Source: Gemmatimonadaceae bacterium
GTDB taxonomy: Bacteria > Gemmatimonadota > Gemmatimonadetes > Gemmatimonadales > Gemmatimonadaceae
Assembly: GCA_040901985.1 (NCBI GenBank)
Contig: JBBDYC010000015.1
Coordinates: 1-13,734, forward strand
Direction: 5' to 3'
DNA: 13,734 nucleotides
Below are positions 1-6,444 of the stretch, in pieces (the first letter of the stretch is position 1; every line of letters starts with the position of its first letter). The notes under the pieces were generated by a model, which had not been told where the DNA came from, did no database searches, and was given only the letters and a program-made list of their open reading frames with translations. The position numbers were made by a program, and so were the translations under genes.

Positions 1-104
1 GGTCCACCTCGAGGATGCGCACGTTCATCGCCATCCCTTCCCACGCCACGTCGGCGGAGCTGTTGACCTGCGCGCCGGTGAGGTTCAAGTGCGAGAGCGG
101 CACG
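1..104 (-). repeat. Direct-repeat copy of an rpsA 3' segment (matches 3925-4028), truncated by the window edge
   Basis: Base-by-base comparison gives 101/104 identity at offset 3924, with mismatches at 56, 86 and 88. It encodes VPLSHLNLTGAQVNSSADVAWEGMAMNVRILEVD, identical to part of the last S1 repeat. Confidence 0.97.
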
Positions 105-286
105 CGGAGCAGCGCAATCTCGCGGTCAACCACGACCACCTCGTGCCACCCGCTCGGAGCGCCGTCGATGACGAAACGTCCGGGCGCGTCGGTCACGGCA
201 CGCAAGGGCGTGCCGAGCAGTTGCACCTCGACGACGCCCCAGGGTGCGCAGGTTGGCAGGCAGTCGTAGACCACACCTCGCACCAT
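1..286 (-). pseudogene. Chimeric ORF or remnant: degenerate carboxypeptidase-regulatory-like (CarboxypepD_reg-type) fragment fused in frame to the rpsA C-terminal segment; runs off the left edge
   Basis: Manual translation from ATG 286: MVRGVVYDCLPTCAPWGVVEVQLLGTPLRAVTDAPGRFVIDGAPSGWHEVVVVDREIALLR|VPLSHLNLTG... There is no stop to position 1, so it is absent from the ORF track. The pattern VRGVVYD...EVQL...AVTDxxGRFVIDG.P.G.HEVVV resembles CarboxypepD_reg domains (recognised by eye). Confidence 0.6.
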
Positions 287-341
287 CGGCTCTCGGAGCC
301 GAGCCGCCTGGGTCAGCACAAGGTAGACCGTCGTGCTGCTC

Positions 342-1061
342 TTAGCGAGAAAGTCGCGGAATCAGATAGGAGAAGCCGAGGCCCCATGACCAAGCGAAGT
401 CGACTCGCCCGATCGGAGAGAACACGTCGGTCGGAATTCCACGCGACTGCTCAGCGAAAAACCTCGCAACGAGCGTTCGGTCAATGCTCGCTCCTATTCC
501 TGCGCCCAGCAGTCCGTACTGGAATTCGCGTGTAGAGTCCCGGGGCGACGCGAAAGGACCGCGGAAGTGAGCGGTCGAAGTCCAAATCGACTCGTACGAG
601 ACATTCGCGACGAGGGAGACCCGGCTGCCAGCCATACGTTCGGCGCCGACAGCAACCCCGAACCGGTGCCCTCGCGACGACATGCTCTGGGACTCAAGAA
701 GAATGCGCTTCGGTCCAAACCAGCGAAAGGCGCCAGCCGAGGCGCACGCCTCAAGGCCGGGGACGATTCGGAGGCCTGAGCCAAGTGTCGCCTCCAGCTC
801 TGGCACCTTGGCCGCGATCGACCAGTCGCTGGTTTCAGCGAGGCGAATCGTTCCGAATCCAACAGACTCGACCCTAGATACCGAAACGCCGACAGTGCGG
901 CTGGTAGCATGCACAATGGATGAAAGCGAAATCGCATGCCCTCCACTCTTGGGAAGGGGGCGTCCGATACACAGCTGGGCGTGCGCCACACCAGAGGCGA
1001 AGTGGATTCCGGCTAGAAACACCGCGACGCCACTTTTTCGGACCCAGCTACGGCGCAACAC
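342..1061 (-). CDS. Hypothetical exported protein, probable outer-membrane beta-barrel
   Basis: Within ORF 342..1160. Likely start is GTG 1061 or TTG 1058, after a GAGGTG Shine-Dalgarno (SD) and overlapping the upstream stop. Signal-peptide-like N-terminus RRSWVRKSGVAVFLAGIHFASGVAHA/Q. Alternating amphipathic strands with an aromatic C-terminal strand FAWSWGLGFSY. Confidence 0.6.
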   Translation of the reverse strand: MLRRSWVRKSGVAVFLAGIHFASGVAHAQLCIGRPLPKSGGHAISLSSIVHATSRTVGVSVSRVESVGFGTIRLAETSDWSIAAKVPELEATLGSGLRIVPGLEACASAGAFRWFGPKRILLESQSMSSRGHRFGVAVGAERMAGSRVSLVANVSYESIWTSTAHFRGPFASPRDSTREFQYGLLGAGIGASIDRTLVARFFAEQSRGIPTDVFSPIGRVDFAWSWGLGFSYLIPRLSR

Positions 1062-1767
1062 GCACCACCTCAATCGCCGAACCAGCGGGGTTCGTATACC
1101 GGGCACGAATCGTGTCTCCGGAGACGAACTGTAAGATTCCATCCCTGAGCCGCGCCGCACCGTTCTCGAGTGCGATCGGACCGCGTAAAAATGCCTTCAA
1201 CGAACAGCCCGGACAGGTTGAGTACGAGAGCGACGAGGAGCCGACTCCCGGCCACGCCGCCGCGTCACGGGCGAAGAGCGCGATGCGCAGCGGATGGTTC
1301 ACGACGACGAGCCATCTATTGGTCAGGCGTACCTCCCTTCCCCCGATAGCTCGCACACGATGCCTTAACGCGACCGAGTCGTAGCCCGCCAAGAGCGCTA
1401 TCGAAAAATCGTGGCAGTGAAAACCGCGAAACGGAGAGCCAACCGGACACGTCAGGTGGTAAAGATCCAGCCTCTCGCTATCGCCGCCTGACGTCGAGAC
1501 TTCCAGGGCGACACGCTCATTCCCTGAAAGCTCGAGCACTGTATCGGAGAGCTCGGCAATGACCACCAAGACGCCTCCATCCCGAATCGCAATCGCCAGC
1601 TGATCAATCTCCAACGAGACGAGCTCAGGCTGTTCGTACTCGACTGGTGCAGTGAACAGGCCACAGGCCGCGACGATTGAAGTCACCGACATTATCGCAA
1701 GGAAGTCGGAGGAGCGGCGGCCCGATCCCGGCCGCCGCTCGTATCCGCGGACCACTGAGTCCGTCAC
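1048..1767 (-). CDS. Hypothetical lipoprotein (beta-sandwich-like, with a Cys-bounded insert resembling a subtilisin propeptide)
   Basis: Within ORF 1048..1809. In-frame GTG 1767 overlaps the S8 TGA (GTGA coupling). Basic N-region plus hydrophobic FLAIMSVTSIVAA-C lipobox. C-terminal DGILQFVSGDTIRARY motif. Start could instead be 1755 or 1692. Confidence 0.6.
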   Translation of the reverse strand: MTDSVVRGYERRPGSGRRSSDFLAIMSVTSIVAACGLFTAPVEYEQPELVSLEIDQLAIAIRDGGVLVVIAELSDTVLELSGNERVALEVSTSGGDSERLDLYHLTCPVGSPFRGFHCHDFSIALLAGYDSVALRHRVRAIGGREVRLTNRWLVVVNHPLRIALFARDAAAWPGVGSSSLSYSTCPGCSLKAFLRGPIALENGAARLRDGILQFVSGDTIRARYTNPAGSAIEVVRVAP

Positions 1768-3605
1768 TGGGGTCGGTGAATCTGATTCAGACACACAAGC
1801 GGCGCGCACGGGTTCACGGCAGAGTTGGTGACACCGGTCGTTGCTGTGGCCGAGACGCCGTTGGCCGAGATCGTTACACGAAGCCAGAACTCCGGTGGCG
1901 GCCCCTCCAGCACTAGACGGTCTACCGTCGCCGACGTACCAATCTCCTCAAACGGACCATCCGCCGCCTCCGCGTACTTCCACGAGTACGAGAGCGGTCC
2001 GCTACCCGAGGTAGATGCTGACCACGTGTAGCTACCCTCGGTGGTGATATGTGAGGGACCAGTGATGGACACCGTCAGTGGCGGCCCGACAACCGCACCA
2101 ATGGCGTACAGACGTCCGGTCGTGAATGACGCGCCCAGCGGGGCTGCGGAAGAAATAATTCTCTCACGCACCTGACTCGCGGTCCAACTGGGATTCTGCG
2201 TCCACACCATGGCAGCAACCCCCGAGACGAGGGCGGCGGACATGGAAGTGCCGCACAGTATCCCATACTCGCCATGCTTCGTCATGCTAACCGACCAAAA
2301 CGGAGCCACAAGTCCGAGTTGCGGACCAGATCGTGCGCCCTTGGCGCCGCAGGCGGCACTTTGCGACTCCTCGTTGCAACTGGACGCAGTGCACGGAATC
2401 GGATCGGGATCGCCATCGCCGCCCGGAGGAGGCGGGCGAGGTCCCATTGGCACGGGGGAGTCTCCTGGGTTGACTCCGCCGACTGCCAAGACGCCCGGAT
2501 ATCGGGCAGGATACATGACATCGTGAATGCCGATATCGGATTGCGCGTCAGGACAGTCCCCATCGTCTGCGTAGGCGTTTCCGGCAACCGCGACGACAAG
2601 AATTCCCGCGTTCTGCGCTCGAGTAATGGCGGAGAGGTAACTCTTTTTGTGGTGGCAGCTGCCGAGGCTGATATTCAGGATTTGGCGGGGGAGGCCTAGC
2701 GATATCGCCCAATCGATACCTTCGATGACCCAGTCAGTCGGGCATGATCCGAGCCGATGACAGACTCGGATGCTGGTGAACTGGCCGATTTCGGGCGCCG
2801 TCCCGATGTATCCAGATCCGTCGTCTCTTGAGGCAATCAGGCCCGCGACATGGACGCCGTGAGAAGAGCCGCCGAGGTAACAACTCGGGTTGTCCTCATA
2901 TCCTGGTTCCGGCGAGACCTCCTCGACGTAGAAGCAGTTGAGAATCACGTTCGCCGGCCCGTCGCCGCTAATGAGGTGAGTCTGATCGATTCCGTGGTCC
3001 AGAATTGTGACGCTCGACCACTCGCCGCGGTTGCCTGGCCCGTACTGTGATGCCCAGACTGAGGGCGCGCCGATTGACGAAACGGCCCAAGACGTGTCCT
3101 GAGCCACCTGCGAGGACTGAGCGCGACTTTGTCCGATAGCCTCGATGTAGTCCACCACTGGAAGTCGAACGAGAGTGTCAAGATCCTCGACCAGTATCTT
3201 CGCGGCGAGTAGCGGCCGGAAGCTGTACGACCGCTCAACAACGACGCCTCGCGCCTCCAAAACCCGGATCGCCTCCTGCGCCTCAGCCAAAGTCAACGCA
3301 GACAGGACGCCGCTGTCCTCCACCCGCGCCGCAGAGGCACGCTTCAGCGCGATGAATACTCGCCCGCCAGAGACGTGGACCTCATTCCGAAGCTCCTCAA
3401 TGGACTGCCTACGTTCACTTACTCCGATTCGAAGCGCTGGCACGGAAGACGGAATCTCTCGACGCCTTGGAATGCGACCGGCCGTACCACCACTTGGATT
3501 AATCTCGCTCGGGGCCAGCGATTTCGGCCCGGAGGGACCGACAGTTTGCGGCTCACACGCAGCGAGAGACGCGAGGAGAATAGCGGCCACAGCGACATTC
3601 TTCAT
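1764..3605 (-). CDS. S8 family (subtilisin-like) serine peptidase, lipoprotein, with propeptide and C-terminal Ig/PKD-like domain
   Basis: 613 aa. Lipobox LAAC(17). Catalytic motifs ILDHGID, HGVHVAG and GTSMSA, plus oxyanion AGN. Thr/Ser-rich C-terminal beta domain. GAGGA SD about 6 nt before the ATG. Confidence 0.93.
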   Translation of the reverse strand: MKNVAVAAILLASLAACEPQTVGPSGPKSLAPSEINPSGGTAGRIPRRREIPSSVPALRIGVSERRQSIEELRNEVHVSGGRVFIALKRASAARVEDSGVLSALTLAEAQEAIRVLEARGVVVERSYSFRPLLAAKILVEDLDTLVRLPVVDYIEAIGQSRAQSSQVAQDTSWAVSSIGAPSVWASQYGPGNRGEWSSVTILDHGIDQTHLISGDGPANVILNCFYVEEVSPEPGYEDNPSCYLGGSSHGVHVAGLIASRDDGSGYIGTAPEIGQFTSIRVCHRLGSCPTDWVIEGIDWAISLGLPRQILNISLGSCHHKKSYLSAITRAQNAGILVVAVAGNAYADDGDCPDAQSDIGIHDVMYPARYPGVLAVGGVNPGDSPVPMGPRPPPPGGDGDPDPIPCTASSCNEESQSAACGAKGARSGPQLGLVAPFWSVSMTKHGEYGILCGTSMSAALVSGVAAMVWTQNPSWTASQVRERIISSAAPLGASFTTGRLYAIGAVVGPPLTVSITGPSHITTEGSYTWSASTSGSGPLSYSWKYAEAADGPFEEIGTSATVDRLVLEGPPPEFWLRVTISANGVSATATTGVTNSAVNPCAPLVCLNQIHRPQ

Positions 3606-3695
3606 AAGGATTCCTCGCAGGAATATTGTTCACGGACAGGATGCTTCATTTCAAGGAATCGTGCCGTGTCGTCTAAACGTTATCTCTGACGCCCT

Positions 3696-3734
3696 GATCA
3701 AGAACGCCCCGCCGAGCTGGACTCGGGCGGGGCG
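3696..3734 (-). terminator. Rho-independent terminator downstream of rpsA
   Basis: GC-rich hairpin 3705-3734 (CGCCCCGCCCGAG/CTCGGCGGGGCG on the minus strand, one bulge) followed by TTCTT, about 50 nt after the rpsA stop. Confidence 0.75.
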
Positions 3735-3784
3735 CTGCGCACTTTTTAGGCACTGACGTGGTCTCGCCCACCAGATTCTCCGTC

Positions 3785-5587
3785 CTACTCCTCGTCCACT
3801 GACGCGTCCAGGTCCGCCGGAATCTCCGGCACCTCATCCTCGGTGTGCACCTTGCTCGGCTCCGCCGGCCGCTCCTGGCCCGCCGGGATGTCCACCACGC
3901 CGAGCACGATCCGGCGGTGGATCGGGTCCACCTCGAGGATGCGCACGTTCATCGCCATCCCTTCCCACGCCACGTCGGCCGAGCTGTTGACCTGCGCGCC
4001 GGTGAGGTTGAGGTGCGAGAGCGGCACGAACCCCTCGATGTCGTTGCCGACGTCCACCACGACCCCCTTGTCCATCAGGCGGGCGACCTTGCCCGGCAGC
4101 TCGGTGCCGACGGGATAGGTCTCGCCGATGCGGAGCCAGGGATCCTCGCTCGCCTGCTTGAGGCCGAGCGAGATGCGCTTGTTGTCGGCGTCAATGTTGA
4201 GGATCACGACGTCCACGCTGTCGCCCTTCTTCACCACTTCCGACGGATGCTGGACGCGCTTGGTCCAGCTCATGTCGGAGATGTGGATCAGCCCGTCAAT
4301 GCCCGGCTCGATCTCGACGAAGGCGCCGAACGAGGTGAGGTTGCGGACCTTGCCGTTGAGACGCGTGCCGACCGGATACTTCACCGGCAGCACCATCCAG
4401 GGATCCTGCTCGGTCTGCTTCATCCCGAGCGAGATCTTCTCCTCGGTCGGGTCCACCTTGAGCACCACGGCATCAATCGCCTCGCCGATGCTGACGAGCT
4501 TCGACGGATGGCGGACGTTGCGCGTCCAGCTCATCTCGGAGATGTGGACGAGGCCCTCGATGCCCGGCTCGAGCTCGATGAAGGCGCCGTAGTTCGTGAT
4601 CGAGACGACCTTGCCCGAGATCCGCGTGCCGACGGGGAACTTGTCGGCGACGTCCTTCCACGGATACGACTGGAGCTGCTTGAGGCCGAGCGAGATGCGC
4701 TCGCGCTCCCAGTCAATGTCGAGCACCTTGACCTCGAGCTCCATCCCGATCTGGACCATCTCGCTCGGGTGGGCGATGCGGCCCCACGACATGTCGGTGA
4801 TGTGGAGCAGGCCGTCCACGCCGCCGAGGTCAATGAACGCCCCGAAATCGGTGATGTTCTTGACGACGCCCTTCCGCACCTGGTCCTTGGCGAGCTCCTT
4901 CATCAGCTTCTCGCGCTTGCCGGCGCGTTCGGTCTCGAGAATCACGCGGCGCGAGACGACGATGTTGCGACGGCGCTTGTTGAGCTTGATGATCTTGAAC
5001 TCGTACGACTGGCCGAGCAGCTCGTCAATGTTCGGGACGCGGCGGAGCGCGATCTGCGACCCGGGGAGGAAGGCGTCCACGCCCATCAGGTCCACGACCA
5101 CGCCGCCCTTGATCTTCTTGACGAGGGCGCCCTGCACCGGCTGGTCGGACTCGTAGGCGACGCGGATGCGCTCCCAGACGCGCATGAAGTCGGCCTTCTT
5201 CTTCGACAGGACGACCGAACCCTCGTTGTCCTCGAGGTGCTCGAGCAGGACCTCGACCTCGTCGCCCGCCTTCAGGTCGGGCATGTCCTTGAACTCCTCG
5301 AGCGGGATCGTCCCTTCGGACTTGAACCCGATGTCGAGGACCACCAGGTTCTCGCGGATCTCGAGGACGGTGGACTTCACGATCTCGCCCTCCTCGATCG
5401 AGGCGAGCGTCCCGTTGTACATATCCATCATCGCCTCGAACTCGTCGGACGAGAGTTCGTCCTCGTCGTAGAGCTCGGGGCGGCGGTTGGCGAGAGGGCG
5501 GAGCTGCGCGCGCTGGGCGTCGCGCTTCTGACGGGCGATCTCTTCGGGGGTCAACTCAGGCGTCAGGGTCTCTTCGGCTACGGTCAT
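3785..5587 (-). CDS. rpsA: 30S ribosomal protein S1
   Basis: Six S1 repeats (e.g. GVVKNITDFGAFIDLGGVDGLLHITDMSW, GKVVSITNYGAFIELEPGIEGLVHISEMSW). Start at ATG 5587 (MTVAEE) with a GGAG SD 5 nt upstream; 600 aa. Confidence 0.98.
   Translation of the reverse strand: MTVAEETLTPELTPEEIARQKRDAQRAQLRPLANRRPELYDEDELSSDEFEAMMDMYNGTLASIEEGEIVKSTVLEIRENLVVLDIGFKSEGTIPLEEFKDMPDLKAGDEVEVLLEHLEDNEGSVVLSKKKADFMRVWERIRVAYESDQPVQGALVKKIKGGVVVDLMGVDAFLPGSQIALRRVPNIDELLGQSYEFKIIKLNKRRRNIVVSRRVILETERAGKREKLMKELAKDQVRKGVVKNITDFGAFIDLGGVDGLLHITDMSWGRIAHPSEMVQIGMELEVKVLDIDWERERISLGLKQLQSYPWKDVADKFPVGTRISGKVVSITNYGAFIELEPGIEGLVHISEMSWTRNVRHPSKLVSIGEAIDAVVLKVDPTEEKISLGMKQTEQDPWMVLPVKYPVGTRLNGKVRNLTSFGAFVEIEPGIDGLIHISDMSWTKRVQHPSEVVKKGDSVDVVILNIDADNKRISLGLKQASEDPWLRIGETYPVGTELPGKVARLMDKGVVVDVGNDIEGFVPLSHLNLTGAQVNSSADVAWEGMAMNVRILEVDPIHRRIVLGVVDIPAGQERPAEPSKVHTEDEVPEIPADLDASVDEE
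3925..4028 (-). repeat. rpsA-internal segment duplicated at 1-104
   Basis: Direct sequence comparison. Identity ends sharply at 4028/104. Confidence 0.97.
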
Positions 5588-5646
5588 CACTGCTCCAGAT
5601 CGCGGAGGGTTCGGCTCGCCGCGTCGAGGCGTTGGTGGATGCTGCA

Positions 5647-5677
5647 AAGGCTCCCCCGCAGGGTGCGGGAGAGCCTT
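5647..5677 (-). promoter_or_regulatory. Hairpin in the rpsA 5' leader
   Basis: AAGGCUCUCCCGCA-CCC-UGCGGGGGAGCCUU on the minus strand: a 14-bp stem whose only non-Watson-Crick pair is a G-U wobble in this orientation. Confidence 0.6.
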
Positions 5678-5679
5678 GT

Positions 5680-5708
5680 AACGTATCCGTCCAAGTGTCC
5701 GTGGTCAA
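5680..5708 (-). promoter_or_regulatory. Sigma70-type internal promoter for rpsA
   Basis: TTGACC (5708-5703), 17-nt spacer, TACGTT (5685-5680), in the cmk-rpsA intergenic region. Confidence 0.7.
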
Positions 5709-5727
5709 TGGGCTTAGGCCACTGGGC

Positions 5728-6444
5728 CTATCGCATTGCCTGCCGCGCCATCGCCACGATCCGCTCGACCTGTTCCTCCTGCGTGAGGTAGGTCGTGTCA
5801 ATCAAGACCGCCTCCGGCGCCCGTTGAGTCTGGGCCTCGTCCTTGGCGTCGCGCAACACCAGCGCCTCGGTCTCGGCGGCAATCTCATCATCGCTCGGGA
5901 GCCGCTCGAGCCGCTGGACCAGCCGGCGCTTGGCCCGCTCCCACGGGTCGGCGACGAGAAAGATCTTCACCCGCGCCCGCGGGAAGACGACCGTGCCCAT
6001 ATCCCGGCCGTCCACCACCACCGGCAGCGTGCTCGCCGCCGCGCGCACACCCTCGGTCACCCAGGCGCGCACGCGCGGCATCCGGGCCACGAGCGACACG
6101 TGTGCCGTGACGTCGCCGCCGCGCAGCTCCTCGTCAATGTCCTCGCCGTCGAGATGCGGATGAAACGTGGTCTCGCCCGGCTGGAGCGTCACCCCACGGG
6201 CCGCCTTGAGCACGGCCGCCTCAGTCCACTGCGCCGGGTCCGGCTCGCGCCGCAGCATTGCCGCCGTCGCCGCGCGGTACAGCGAGCCCGAATCCACGTG
6301 GCGGAACCCGAGCGTGCGCGCGACCCACTGCGCGGTGGACGACTTCCCCGACGCCGCCGGCCCGTCAATCGCCACGACGAGCGGCCGCCGCCGCTCGACC
6401 TTGTCCTTATTGTCCTTGGCCACGGGAGAGTCGCTGGAGGTCAT
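5728..6444 (-). CDS. cmk: Cytidylate kinase
   Basis: VVAIDGPAASGKSS P-loop, DSGSLYRA and VVDGRDMGTVVFP motifs; canonical aroA-cmk-rpsA order. Start is uncertain (ATG 6444 or GTG 6423). Confidence 0.95.
   Translation of the reverse strand: MTSSDSPVAKDNKDKVERRRPLVVAIDGPAASGKSSTAQWVARTLGFRHVDSGSLYRAATAAMLRREPDPAQWTEAAVLKAARGVTLQPGETTFHPHLDGEDIDEELRGGDVTAHVSLVARMPRVRAWVTEGVRAAASTLPVVVDGRDMGTVVFPRARVKIFLVADPWERAKRRLVQRLERLPSDDEIAAETEALVLRDAKDEAQTQRAPEAVLIDTTYLTQEEQVERIVAMARQAMR

Larger units (their letters stand above)
105..3924. mobile_element. Putative accessory insertion or duplication unit bounded by rpsA 3' direct repeats; no integrase or transposase inside
   Basis: Flanked by direct repeats 1-104 and 3925-4028. 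Spot-counted GC is about 55-58% (60-nt lines starting at 901 and 2641) versus about 75% in aroA (line 7321). The cargo is non-housekeeping exported proteins. Confidence 0.6.

Noticed and set aside
15..535. Plus-strand ORFs 15..269 and 89..535
   Set aside because: They are antisense readings of the rpsA duplicate and the minus-strand remnant. 15..269 begins like the shadow ORF at 3843..4118.
1..4028. Diversity-generating retroelement (TR/VR pair) explanation for the repeat
   Set aside because: No reverse transcriptase is present, and the mismatches are synonymous and not adenine-specific.
4150..4870. Internal near-repeats in rpsA (e.g. gcttgaggccgagcgagatgcgct at ~4156 and ~4677)
   Set aside because: Explained by paralogous S1 domains; not a CRISPR array or mobile repeat.
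3845..5791. 648-aa plus-strand ORF antisense to rpsA
   Set aside because: It is a shadow frame of a strongly codon-biased, high-GC gene, with a repetitive translation that mirrors the S1 repeats and no independent start signals.
6399..6418. Short tandem duplication ttgtcctt-a-ttgtcctt at the aroA/cmk overlap
   Set aside because: Only two 9-nt units, frame-preserving, in a variable terminal region. No evidence of function.
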